Positions 38,133-48,242 of a stretch of DNA of 64,000 nucleotides are shown piece after piece. This DNA is from Holosporaceae bacterium (GTDB lineage: Bacteria > Pseudomonadota > Alphaproteobacteria > UBA3830), in assembly GCA_031288795.1 (NCBI GenBank), contig JAITQS010000011.1, positions 327-64,326 of the forward strand, written 5' to 3'. A program made the translations under genes and the position numbers. The notes beneath the pieces are model-generated. The model ran no database searches. It saw only the letters and a program-made list of their open reading frames with translations, and was not told the origin of the DNA. Numbering within the stretch: the stretch's first letter is position 1; every line of letters starts with the position of its first letter.

Positions 38133-40763
38133 ATGGAAGAAGATAGTTTATTCTACTGCACATCAAAAGACGCAACTCCGATGATGACCCAATACCTCTC
38201 GACGAAATCCCAATATCCCGGATGCCTGCTTCTGTTTCGCATGGGAGATTTCTATGAAATGTTTTTCGATGATGCAAAAATTGCCTCTTCGGTCTTAAAT
38301 ATAGCCCTAACCAGCCGCGGCAAGCACTTGGGCGACGATATTCCCATGTGCGGTGTACCGGTGGTCAGCCTGGAGAGCTATCTGGAACGCCTCGTTAAAT
38401 ACGGCTATAAGGTGGCCATATGTGAGCAAATGGAGGATCCCAAAGAAGCCAAAAAACGCGGCTATAAGGCCATAGTTAGACGAGAAGTCACTCGGATAAT
38501 TACCGCTGGCACGCTCGTGGAAGACAACCTTCTCAGCTCTCGAAAAAATAATTTTCTCATGGCCATCGTGCCGGACATTTGTAAAAAAACACTGAAGGTC
38601 AAAACGATCAGCTTTGCCGCCATCGACATATCTACCGGCGATTTCATCGTAAACACACTTCCGGGTAGCGAATTTTCTATGGCGATAGAAATGTATCAGC
38701 CGAGCGAACTGCTGGTACCGGCACACTACGAACGCTCCGAGTTTGCGAAATATCTGGCCAGCATGACGGAAGCGGGAATCACCTATCTGCCGGACTCAAA
38801 ATTTAATCCCGTCGTGGAAAAAGAGAGGCTAGAAAAATATTTTAAGGTGAAAACCCTTGACAGTTGCGGCATAAATACGGCAAACGAGCTGTCTTCCTGC
38901 GGATCCGTACTCGAATATTTGCTAATCACCCAGAGAGATAATTTTTCCGCTCTGCCTATGCCCAAAAAAACAACCTTCAGCAATTATTTGGTGCTGGATC
39001 CGGCCACCGCCAAAAGCCTGGAGGTAACCAGTTCAATTCACGGAGAATACGACTACTGCCTCCTGGGAGTCGTTGACAAAACATGTACATCGTTTGGCGC
39101 TAGAACGCTGGCGTCGCGGGTTTCCACCCCCATTGTGGATCTGCCACTGCTGCAAAAACGACTGGATTGTGTCACGTTCTTTATAGAAAATACAAAAATT
39201 ACCGGATTAATTCGGGAAAATTTGCGCTATTGCCCAGATTTTGAACGCGCCATAAACCGCATAAGATTTAATAAATTTTCTCCCCGAGACGTGGGAGATA
39301 TCCGGGAATCTCTGCGGGTAATTAAGGTAATTCAGTCCATTGTAAAGGACGTGGCTATTCCATCCGAAGGAGAATACTTTTTCGAAAATCTCGCAGATTT
39401 TTCAAATTTGCTGAAATTGCTGCAGACGGCGCTGGTGGAAAAACTACCCGCCCGCGACGGAGGAGTCATCGCCGACGGCTATTTCCCGAGACTCGATGAA
39501 CTGAAGTACATAAAAAGCCACAGCGAAGACCTGATTTCCAACCTACAGGCCAAATATGTGGCCCAAACCGGCATAAGCACTCTCAAAATAAGAAATAACG
39601 CGATTTTAGGATGGTACGTGGAAATTCCGCTATCCCAAAAAAATAAAATAGACGAAAAACTGTTCATGCACAAGCAGACACTGGTCAACGGCATACGCTA
39701 CACCACCAGCGAATTGGGAGTGCTGCAGACAAAATTGTCCGAGGTATCCGACGAATGGAGCAACCTAGAGCAGGAAATCTACCACAAAATTATCACGGAA
39801 ATCATGGACCACTACGATAAAATTTCCTACGCCATAAAATTGCTCTCCTGTATTGATGTGTATACAAATTTCGCCCACATTGCAATGGAAAGAAAATACA
39901 TACGTCCTGAAATGAGCGATCACCCAATTCTGGAAATCGAAAGCGGTCGCCATCCGATACTGGAGACGCACACCCAGGACTTTACCAACAACGACTGCGA
40001 TCTCGGCGAAAATAATCGCATATGCCTGCTAACAGGACCCAATATGGCGGGAAAGAGCACCTATCTGCGGCAAAACGCATTGATTGTGCTCATGGCTCAA
40101 ATCGGCAGCTATGTGCCCGCAGAAAAAGCGTCCATTGGGATCGTGGATCGGCTGTTTTCCCGCATCGGCGCCTCCGACGACATCGCTCGAGGACGCTCAA
40201 CATTCATGGTGGAAATGATAGAAACAGCCAGCATTCTAAATCAGGCCACCGCCAAATCGTTTGTTATTCTGGACGAGGTCGGCCGTGGCACATCTACCTA
40301 CGACGGACTCTCCATCGCCTGGGCAGTCGTGGAAAATCTGCACAACGTCAATAAATGCCGAGTACTGTTCGCCACCCACTATCGGGAACTCACGGTCCTG
40401 CGTAATACATTGCCCCACATAAAATGCAAAACCCTAAAAGTACAAGAATGGAACGGTGACGTCATTTTTTATCATAAAATAATAGATGGCATTGCCGATA
40501 AATCCTACGGAATCCACGTGGCCAGCATCGCAGGCGTTCCGAAAAATGTCGTAAAAAGAGCAACAGAGCTGCTAAAAATCTTCGAAAAAAACGACGATAA
40601 ACAGGAAATTACCGCCTACGACACAATGGCCGAACAAATGGAATTGACCTACACTCCTCCGGTAAATCCGACCCTGCTGCAGCGTCTAGGTGAGATTAAT
40701 CTGAACAATATCACTCCCAAAAATGCCCTGGATATCCTCTACGAACTTAAGGGATTGATTTAA
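38133..40763 (+). CDS. mutS: DNA mismatch repair protein MutS
   Basis: Motifs: TPMMTQYL, GDFYEMF, Walker A GPNMAGKST, STFMVEM, DEVGRGTSTYDG. Confidence 0.95.
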   Translation: MEEDSLFYCTSKDATPMMTQYLSTKSQYPGCLLLFRMGDFYEMFFDDAKIASSVLNIALTSRGKHLGDDIPMCGVPVVSLESYLERLVKYGYKVAICEQMEDPKEAKKRGYKAIVRREVTRIITAGTLVEDNLLSSRKNNFLMAIVPDICKKTLKVKTISFAAIDISTGDFIVNTLPGSEFSMAIEMYQPSELLVPAHYERSEFAKYLASMTEAGITYLPDSKFNPVVEKERLEKYFKVKTLDSCGINTANELSSCGSVLEYLLITQRDNFSALPMPKKTTFSNYLVLDPATAKSLEVTSSIHGEYDYCLLGVVDKTCTSFGARTLASRVSTPIVDLPLLQKRLDCVTFFIENTKITGLIRENLRYCPDFERAINRIRFNKFSPRDVGDIRESLRVIKVIQSIVKDVAIPSEGEYFFENLADFSNLLKLLQTALVEKLPARDGGVIADGYFPRLDELKYIKSHSEDLISNLQAKYVAQTGISTLKIRNNAILGWYVEIPLSQKNKIDEKLFMHKQTLVNGIRYTTSELGVLQTKLSEVSDEWSNLEQEIYHKIITEIMDHYDKISYAIKLLSCIDVYTNFAHIAMERKYIRPEMSDHPILEIESGRHPILETHTQDFTNNDCDLGENNRICLLTGPNMAGKSTYLRQNALIVLMAQIGSYVPAEKASIGIVDRLFSRIGASDDIARGRSTFMVEMIETASILNQATAKSFVILDEVGRGTSTYDGLSIAWAVVENLHNVNKCRVLFATHYRELTVLRNTLPHIKCKTLKVQEWNGDVIFYHKIIDGIADKSYGIHVASIAGVPKNVVKRATELLKIFEKNDDKQEITAYDTMAEQMELTYTPPVNPTLLQRLGEINLNNITPKNALDILYELKGLI

Positions 40764-40764
40764 T

Positions 40765-40775
40765 GAGACTGTCTC
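40765..40775. repeat. minimal palindrome GAGACTGTCTC (the two element termini joined)
   Basis: It lies between the convergent stops of mutS (40763) and the MATE gene (40778). It is identical to the outermost bases of the repeat family. Confidence 0.4.
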
Positions 40776-40777
40776 TC

Positions 40778-42127
40778 TTAGCTCAGCCTGTTATACCATT
40801 TTAGACTTTTATACCTTCTATACATGCAAATTTGGGCGGCAACAACCCACATGGTCATAAAGGCATATACCGCAGGCACATAATACAGTACATCCAGCAC
40901 ATAGAGCAGCACCGTGGGAAAAACCACCAGCAGCCATAAACATATTTGATAGACAATGGCAGCATATTTGGTGTCTCCGCCGGCAATGAGGACTCCCCAG
41001 GTCGACAGCATCAGCATTTCGAAGGCAACATTTACCGTCACAAAACAAAGTACGATTTTTATATCTCCGTACAAAACCGATAAATTGTCCGGCAGCATAC
41101 TCAGTAGACTGAAAATGCATTCGGGAAAAAATACCAGCGGAATCGATATAACCACTCCACAAAACAACGATATGGCCACAAAAATTCTGTAGGTTTTTTT
41201 TATGGCCTGAAGATCTTGGCGCCCTATCATATTTGCACAGATGGTGGCTATGGCTTTGTTCATGCCCTCCCCCACAAAAATAAAAAAAATGTATATGGTT
41301 ATGCCAATGTTATAAACCGTGGCAATGTCTTTGGAAATATGAGCGGTTATGATTTGTATTGCGTACCAGGCCAACATGGAGACTAGATTTCCAAACATCT
41401 GGGGAAAACCAATGCGAACGCAATCGCCGAACAACGGTGGGTTAAATTTTCGATTTTCAAGGGTTTGGTAAAATTTTCTGTTTTTTTTGCCGAAGAATAT
41501 TGCGATCAAAACAGCAATTTGAAAAAATTCCGCGACAACGGTGGCTATGGCCGCGCCAACGCATCCCATATCGGGAATCACATTATCGATTCCGTATATG
41601 AGAACGTAGTCCAGTACAATATTTATGATGCCGGCCATAATAACGGACAAAGTTATAATTTTTGTCTTGCCCTGTCCTATGAAAAATGCCGCTATGGCGG
41701 TTTTTAGGGGAGATATCATGCCGAAATACATTAGGATTTTTTGATATTCCAAACCTTCTTTCAGGCAATAATCCGGCAGCGTGTTGATGCTGTCAGAAAA
41801 ATACCCGATGGGCACAAACACCAGCGACGACGCCAGCGCCAGATAAATCATTTGCCACACCGGATCTGCGAGTTTGTGGTATTGTCTGGCTCCGTTGTAT
41901 TGGCCGACGAATATTTCGGCGCTGTCGGTCATACCGGTAAACATAAATGAAAAAATTCCAGCAAAAGTGCCTGCTATGGACGCAGCATTCATCGCATTGA
42001 CGGAATATCCGGCCAACATAAATTTATCGATGGTGTACATTAGATTCGTCGACATAAATGATAATACCATCGGCATAGTTATGTTAAAAATGCTTTTTAG
42101 AGAGTCATCTACTATTTTATGTTCCAT
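40778..42127 (-). CDS. MATE-family efflux transporter
   Basis: 12-TM protein. The start is set at ATG 42127 (MEHKIV...), which overlaps the upstream stop as TAATG. The track ORF extends to 42181. Confidence 0.8.
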   Translation of the reverse strand: MEHKIVDDSLKSIFNITMPMVLSFMSTNLMYTIDKFMLAGYSVNAMNAASIAGTFAGIFSFMFTGMTDSAEIFVGQYNGARQYHKLADPVWQMIYLALASSLVFVPIGYFSDSINTLPDYCLKEGLEYQKILMYFGMISPLKTAIAAFFIGQGKTKIITLSVIMAGIINIVLDYVLIYGIDNVIPDMGCVGAAIATVVAEFFQIAVLIAIFFGKKNRKFYQTLENRKFNPPLFGDCVRIGFPQMFGNLVSMLAWYAIQIITAHISKDIATVYNIGITIYIFFIFVGEGMNKAIATICANMIGRQDLQAIKKTYRIFVAISLFCGVVISIPLVFFPECIFSLLSMLPDNLSVLYGDIKIVLCFVTVNVAFEMLMLSTWGVLIAGGDTKYAAIVYQICLWLLVVFPTVLLYVLDVLYYVPAVYAFMTMWVVAAQICMYRRYKSLKWYNRLS

Positions 42128-42558
42128 TATTTCACCAGTAGACTGTCCAGTTGTTTTTTGTAATCCGGATTTTGTTTGCAAAATTCCTCCGTGAACTCAT
42201 AAAATTCGCTTATTCTATCGAACAGCGCTTCCGACATCACGTGTTCGATTTTGCAGGAATTTGCTATGGCTTCTTCGCGACTAAGCTTCAGAATATGCAG
42301 GAAGAAATTATTCATGGTTTCGAAGCGTTTTATGATTTCCCTAGCTTTTTTCAAGCCGATTTCCGTGAGTGTTATTTTGGCATAGGGAGTATAGTTGATC
42401 AATTTTTTATCCGCCAGAATATTCAGCGCGGCGTTTACGGACGATTTGCGCACCGATAGCAATGCCGCCACGTCTGACATTTTGGCATAGCCCTTTTCTT
42501 CCACCTCCAAATATATTGTTTTCAGATAATTTTCCTGATTTGGTGTTATTTCTGTCAT
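42127..42558 (-). CDS. DtxR/MntR-family metal-dependent transcriptional regulator
   Basis: 143 aa. NQENYLKTIYLEVEEKGYAKMSDVAALLSVRKSSVNAALNIL forms a winged HTH. A dimerisation/metal-binding helix follows. Confidence 0.8.
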   Translation of the reverse strand: MTEITPNQENYLKTIYLEVEEKGYAKMSDVAALLSVRKSSVNAALNILADKKLINYTPYAKITLTEIGLKKAREIIKRFETMNNFFLHILKLSREEAIANSCKIEHVMSEALFDRISEFYEFTEEFCKQNPDYKKQLDSLLVK

Positions 42559-42573
42559 TTTTCTCTCTTTTTT

Positions 42574-44400
42574 TCAAGCGATTGATATGGTTAGGAGCCA
42601 CCCGACGAAAATCGATATAAAAAACGATGCAAACCACAAAGCGACGGCCTCTCTCCAGCCTCTTTCCTTAAAAATTACCACGAGCGCATTAATGCAGGGA
42701 ACAAAAAGCGAAATCACCACCGTTGCCGTCAAGATCTGGATGTTCGTCAACGCGCTTTGGGCTCCAATACCGGACATCTGCAGTAAACTAGCAGCGGCAA
42801 CATCTTTGCGAATCATTCCCATTACAAAAATATTAGCAAAATCTTTTGGAAGATTTAACATATTTTCAATCAGCGGAGCCATACTATTCTGAATATAATA
42901 CAATACGCGAAATTCATTCAATACAGTCATGATTAGGCAGGTGATGGTAAACATAAACAACATGCTGCGAATGAATCCTACACTTCGGAATACCGTTTTG
43001 CGAACGCAGTTTCTCAGCGACGGAAACCGCAGTGGAGGAATATCCATTAGCAGATAACTGTTTTTACTCGACAGAAAAAAGTCCAGGACTTTTCCCGTAA
43101 CACATATCACCGCCAGCATAACGAAAATATACACCAACCATATTTCGTAGCTGTTGGTGAACGACAATAGCGCAATGATTATGCCCTGCTGAGCAGCACA
43201 GGGTATGGCAATGCCTATGATGGCCGTCGCAATGGTTCTGTCTTTTTTGGTCTCCAGCATTCTGGTGGAAAAAATTCCCATGGTGCTGCAGCCGAATCCC
43301 AACAGAATCGGAATTGCGGCTTTGCCGTTTAGACCCAGGTGGGAGAAAAAATTATCCGTCAGCACCGAGAGACGCGGCAAATAGCCGGAATCCTCCAGCA
43401 GCGACATCGCCGCATTGTAGGCGGTCACCAGCGGCAGCAGCACCACAAACAGCGTTTTCAGCTCCATGGTGAGTATCCCAAAGTCCCCCAGCAGCACCCT
43501 TTTTATAAAAGGACTGCAGTCCGCCAACGCAGCAGATACGGCAGCTTCATAGGTGAAACCAAAAAAAGAAGAGAGATAATCCACCAGGTCTCCGGCAACG
43601 TATATTCCCAGAAATTTGAACATTAAAAAAAATATCAGCAGCGCAATGGGCCAGGCAAAATACGGATTCAGCAGAACTGTATCCGGAAATACCTTTTCTT
43701 CGCTACTCTCCGGAATGCTTTTGGTGGTCACCTGCGACACCAGCTCATCGATATCACTGCGACGTAGCTCGGTCTCGGAAAAAGAATCAGCGGAAAAATC
43801 ATTGCTCACGGCTTCGACCAGGGCCGTCAGTAGCTCCGGTGTTCCGAGAGACTTCGGTGCCACCGTCTTTATTACTGGAATTCCAAGAAACTGCGATAAT
43901 TTTTGCGCATCCACCGAGAAACCTCTTTTTTCGGCCTCGTCCATTTGGTTTACCACTAATATCGTTTTTATGTTCATGTGGAGTAGCTGCAGCGTCAGCC
44001 GCAGATCCCGTTCCAGCATGAGCGCATTCACAACGTTTATCACCAGATCAGCTTCGCTCAGCATTTTTTTGGTGACCATTTCGTCGTCGCTCCCGCGACC
44101 GTGCAGATCGTAAATACCAGGAGCGTCCAGAAGATCGCCGGAAATACCACCAATGGAAATTTTCGTGCGGGATATGGAAACCGTCGTACCGGAATAATTA
44201 CTTACGTCCACATATTTACGGGATAAGGCATTGAAAATCGAAGATTTTCCAACGTTTGGCTGTCCCACCAGCATAATTTTTTTGCTCCTGCCGGAATCGA
44301 CGCCGTCGCCGAAGCGAAGCATCTGACGGCGCCCCTGTGACCTAAAAAAATTACATCCCCACTCGATGCAGGAACGAAAAAATCCAACCATGACATTCAT
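42574..44400 (-). CDS. feoB: ferrous iron transporter FeoB
   Basis: G domain with GQPNVGKSS, DAPG and NQMD, followed by a multi-TM permease domain. The start is uncertain within the first 30 codons. Confidence 0.9.
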   Translation of the reverse strand: MNVMVGFFRSCIEWGCNFFRSQGRRQMLRFGDGVDSGRSKKIMLVGQPNVGKSSIFNALSRKYVDVSNYSGTTVSISRTKISIGGISGDLLDAPGIYDLHGRGSDDEMVTKKMLSEADLVINVVNALMLERDLRLTLQLLHMNIKTILVVNQMDEAEKRGFSVDAQKLSQFLGIPVIKTVAPKSLGTPELLTALVEAVSNDFSADSFSETELRRSDIDELVSQVTTKSIPESSEEKVFPDTVLLNPYFAWPIALLIFFLMFKFLGIYVAGDLVDYLSSFFGFTYEAAVSAALADCSPFIKRVLLGDFGILTMELKTLFVVLLPLVTAYNAAMSLLEDSGYLPRLSVLTDNFFSHLGLNGKAAIPILLGFGCSTMGIFSTRMLETKKDRTIATAIIGIAIPCAAQQGIIIALLSFTNSYEIWLVYIFVMLAVICVTGKVLDFFLSSKNSYLLMDIPPLRFPSLRNCVRKTVFRSVGFIRSMLFMFTITCLIMTVLNEFRVLYYIQNSMAPLIENMLNLPKDFANIFVMGMIRKDVAAASLLQMSGIGAQSALTNIQILTATVVISLFVPCINALVVIFKERGWREAVALWFASFFISIFVGWLLTISIA

Positions 44401-44427
44401 AATTAGGTTTTACTCCTCAGCGACTTC

Positions 44428-44643
44428 TCAATGTATGTATATTTTGGATGCTAAACTTTTTCCCAGCGCCATTTTCTGAAATCTGTTTTCTATGACAATG
44501 GGACCATTTTTGGCAACGCATTTTATGATTTTGCCGCGGAATAATCCAAATTTCTCTGACAATTCCCGGACATTTTCGTCAAAAAAATCCACTATTTCCG
44601 CTTTATTTCCAACGGCCAAATCATAGAGGGTTTCGGTTTTCAT
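44428..44643 (-). CDS. feoA: FeoA-family protein
   Basis: 71 aa, SH3-like FeoA size and pattern (L.DL..G..A.I...). It lies immediately upstream of feoB. Confidence 0.7.
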   Translation of the reverse strand: MKTETLYDLAVGNKAEIVDFFDENVRELSEKFGLFRGKIIKCVAKNGPIVIENRFQKMALGKSLASKIYIH

Positions 44644-44772
44644 GATCGCTTTTTATCCAGTGTTAGCTCAGCCTAACATGATATTATTAATATTTTCTAA
44701 AGTCAATGGATAATTTTTTATTCGAGTTGTCTATAAGTATAGCAAAATATGAAAAATTTACTGACCTTACAA

Positions 44773-44829
44773 GAGACTGTTGCATAATGAGATTTTTCTT
44801 GCAAGAACGAGGAAAAACATAGCGCAAGA
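44773..44829 (+). repeat. palindromic element, left-half copy G
   Basis: GAGACTGTTGCATAATGAGATTTTTCTTGCAAGAACGAGGAAAAACATAGCGCAAGAAC, after which similarity stops. Confidence 0.75.
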
Positions 44830-44936
44830 ACTAAATGGACCTAATCTTCCCCAATTCCCAAAAAATACAGCTTGACCAATTTCTGTGTTTTGATTAAAAT
44901 ACATACTAAATTATTCGCATTGGTCGGAGATCAAAT

Positions 44937-46433
44937 ATGAAAAAAAAAGTTATGAATTATATGCCCGGTGTCTTTCTGCTTGTAACTGCAGTTTCCACTA
45001 GTTTCATGGTCCAGGGAAAAAGCTTCTTTCCGGCAGAGAGCGAAAGAAAAAAATCACTACCTGAAAAAAGAGAAACAGTCTTTCAAAAAAAAACAAAATC
45101 GATAAATCTTGAAAAAAAACCCCAAACGGAAACTCTAAAATACGAAAACAAGAAAATAAAACCAGAAGAAAAAATACAAATAACAGAAAAAAAATTCAAA
45201 AACTTCGAAAAGCCTAAACAAAAAAATCTCCGCGAAGAAGAATTAGAAGAAGAATCGGAAGAAGAGTCGGAAGAAGAGTCGCTACCGGAAGAAAACGACA
45301 CGAAAATATATTCATCCCCGAAAGGAAAAAATGAAAGAAAATCCACCGGTGTCCCCAAAGAAAAGGAGAAAAAAGCTGAAGTCGTTGCCACCAAAAGCGT
45401 TCCCCTGAAAGAAGTAACGAGAGCAACAAAATACGTCAACAAATATTTCAATTCGCTATTCAGTGATCCGCATCATGACGCAGTTGCCGATTCCTCAGCA
45501 GCTGTCTCTCCTCGATTGAAAAATATTGACGAAATTCTAGCTAAAGCAATTGGAAAAGTAACCTATCTCAACGAAGATCAAGTATCTCTTGGCAGTTTCA
45601 TTGCAGCAACGGTATATTTAGTCATGGGATTACGCATAACGGGCGATATCTATAGGCAAATTTCCAACGTAATAGTGTTTTTGGAGGATCGCTACGGTAG
45701 CTTCAGCATCAACGATCGCAAGCTCATCGCAAACGCATGTAAAAAAATAATAAACGATCCCGATATGGAAAAAAATCTGCTGCACTGCCTTAGTTCTCCC
45801 GAAATCACCAATCAGCTCGGAGAAAAAACCAAAAAATGTATGGAAGAACTATGCTATCTGTTGCTGGGAAGAAATTCAGATAATTCCGATGATTTGCCCA
45901 CTTTCTATGGAAATATAAATGAAATACTTCCCCAAGTCGCACACCAAATTGAAAGATTGCAGGAATTGAATTGGATTTCTTCGATATATTGTCCCGTATG
46001 CTCTGTACTGTTAAAACTCAAGGGCGACGGTAAAAAAAATACAACCCTGACGGTGGCATCTCTAAAAGATAATAAAGAACTGCGAGAAGCTTTGATATCC
46101 ATAAAAAAGACAAATAAATTCTACGGAATAAATATCGATGAGCAGAGGAAAAGATTTACGGATATTGCTCTAAAATCACTTCAGGAAAACGTCATAGAAA
46201 AAATATACGATACCTACAGCAATGCCATCCAAAAAAAAGCCGGTCTAAAGGAGCAAATATCCGAAATAATAGCGGATAAAGTACCTGACCTGGTAAATTT
46301 CGTCGGCGGCAACGAGGATACGGAAAATCTCCAGGAGGAAATCGAAGAAGAAATTGAGGAATTCGCCAATATCATTGTTGAAATTAGCACCGCCATAAAT
46401 GCTTTGACAAAAGATACCAAAAAGAAAAAATAA
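44937..46433 (+). CDS. hypothetical secreted K/E-rich protein
   Basis: 498 aa. Signal-like N-terminus (MNYMPGVFLLVTAVSTSFMVQG). A 130-aa K/E low-complexity region includes EEELEEESEEESEEES. A structured C-terminal part follows. No family recognised. Confidence 0.6.
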   Translation: MKKKVMNYMPGVFLLVTAVSTSFMVQGKSFFPAESERKKSLPEKRETVFQKKTKSINLEKKPQTETLKYENKKIKPEEKIQITEKKFKNFEKPKQKNLREEELEEESEEESEEESLPEENDTKIYSSPKGKNERKSTGVPKEKEKKAEVVATKSVPLKEVTRATKYVNKYFNSLFSDPHHDAVADSSAAVSPRLKNIDEILAKAIGKVTYLNEDQVSLGSFIAATVYLVMGLRITGDIYRQISNVIVFLEDRYGSFSINDRKLIANACKKIINDPDMEKNLLHCLSSPEITNQLGEKTKKCMEELCYLLLGRNSDNSDDLPTFYGNINEILPQVAHQIERLQELNWISSIYCPVCSVLLKLKGDGKKNTTLTVASLKDNKELREALISIKKTNKFYGINIDEQRKRFTDIALKSLQENVIEKIYDTYSNAIQKKAGLKEQISEIIADKVPDLVNFVGGNEDTENLQEEIEEEIEEFANIIVEISTAINALTKDTKKKK

Positions 46434-46512
46434 ATCTCCCTACTTTCTTGAAAATTCGATGGGCGTATGATAATATTGCGTAAATTACGCTATAAATTTC
46501 GGAAATAATAAT

Positions 46513-48210
46513 ATGTCATGTAAAATAGTTTCGTTGACGCAAAAAGTATGGGATGTCCAAGAAGGAAGCACCCCTCTTAAAATACCAGATGATTTGTTTT
46601 TGACTTTATTGAAAAATAGAGGTATTGAAAAAATAAACGAATTCGTTAATGTATCGCTGTCGGCATGGCTGCCGGATCCTTTTGAATTCGTTGACATGGA
46701 AAAAGCTATCCAGCGCATTATAAAGTCCATCGTTAGCGGTGAAAAAATTACGATTTTAGGCGATTATGATGTGGATGGTGTATCGTCCACCGCTTTGTTT
46801 ATCAATTTTTTTAACCACCTGGGAGTCGATCATTCCTATCATATTCCTCATCGGGCCGAAGAGGGGTATGGTCTAAATATCAATAATATTCGACGCTATG
46901 GCGATTCCTTGATTATAGCCGTCGATTGTGGATCCAGTTCCCGAGATGAGTTGCACTATGCTCGCAGCCAAAATATTGACGTGGTTGTTCTGGATCACCA
47001 CAAAATGTCTTTTATACCAGAAGCCGTTGCCATTGTGAATCCGCATCGCCCCGACGAAAAAGGCCAATATAAAAATTTGTGCGCCTGCGGATTGGTTTTC
47101 CTATGCATCTGGGGCATTCATAAAATATTATCCCAAAATGGCTTCTACGATGCGAAAAAAATAAAAGAACCGGACGTCATGGAATATACAGATCTGGTTG
47201 CCCTGGCCACCGTGTGCGATGTGGTGGATTTGGTGGGACTCAATCGCGCTTTCGTAAGCCACGGCATACAAATGATAAAAAGAAGAAAAAATCTCGGAAT
47301 AGATGCCATGATCAGCATTAACAAAGAAAGCGAAATAACATCAGATACCATTGCGTTTTTCTTCGGTCCCCGCATAAACGCCGCCGGAAGAATCGCATCC
47401 GCCGACACAAGCCTAAAATTGCTCACCACCCGGAATCCCATCGAAGCTAAAAAATTGGCACTGCAGCTGGACGAACTCAATAGAGAACGGCAGGCTATAG
47501 AAGCTCAAATTGTGGAAGAAGCATCGGATTTGGTAGACGAAAATCTGAAATTCATATGTTCCTGGAATGAAAATTGGCACGTGGGAGTGGTAGGAATCGT
47601 AGCCGGAAGACTGAAGGAAAAATATAATAAACCGTGCATTATCATTTCCATCGACAAAAACGGAGATGGAAAAGCTTCATGCCGATCAATTGCAGGATTC
47701 GACATCGCCGATGTAATAAATAAGGGCATAGCCAAAGGAATCATTACATCCGGAGGTGGACATGCTCTAGCAGCTGGTTTTTCGATATCGGCAAAAAAAA
47801 TTAATGAACTAATGGATTTTTTAAAAGCAGAAATAAAATACGAAGTCACTCCACACGAACTTTATGCCGATTGCTTTTTGCCTCTGGACTCTATTTCAAT
47901 GCACTTGATGAAAAATATATCCGCCCTTGGACCTTTCGGTATGGGAAATAGGCATCCGAAGTTTGTGATACCAAATTTGAAAATCACATCGGTGAGAATT
48001 ATCGGACAAAATCACATTCAAACGACTCTAAAAGATAACAAAAACAATACGATAAAGGCGATATCATTTAAGTCCGTAAATACTAAACTCGGTGATATCC
48101 TGCTGAATTACCGGGCCACCGTGGATGTGCTCGGTGGATTGTCCGTTGGCGAATGGAAGGGAGAAAAATACATAAATCTGTTTCTGGAAGACATTGCCGA
48201 ATGCGCCTAA
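46513..48210 (+). CDS. recJ: single-stranded-DNA-specific exonuclease RecJ
   Basis: DHH motifs: GDYDVDGVSS, DCGS, VLDHH. DHHA1 motif: GGGHALAAG. Confidence 0.9.
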   Translation: MSCKIVSLTQKVWDVQEGSTPLKIPDDLFLTLLKNRGIEKINEFVNVSLSAWLPDPFEFVDMEKAIQRIIKSIVSGEKITILGDYDVDGVSSTALFINFFNHLGVDHSYHIPHRAEEGYGLNINNIRRYGDSLIIAVDCGSSSRDELHYARSQNIDVVVLDHHKMSFIPEAVAIVNPHRPDEKGQYKNLCACGLVFLCIWGIHKILSQNGFYDAKKIKEPDVMEYTDLVALATVCDVVDLVGLNRAFVSHGIQMIKRRKNLGIDAMISINKESEITSDTIAFFFGPRINAAGRIASADTSLKLLTTRNPIEAKKLALQLDELNRERQAIEAQIVEEASDLVDENLKFICSWNENWHVGVVGIVAGRLKEKYNKPCIIISIDKNGDGKASCRSIAGFDIADVINKGIAKGIITSGGGHALAAGFSISAKKINELMDFLKAEIKYEVTPHELYADCFLPLDSISMHLMKNISALGPFGMGNRHPKFVIPNLKITSVRIIGQNHIQTTLKDNKNNTIKAISFKSVNTKLGDILLNYRATVDVLGGLSVGEWKGEKYINLFLEDIAECA

Positions 48211-48242
48211 TGCAGAACTAAATACACTGTCTACGACTTTTT

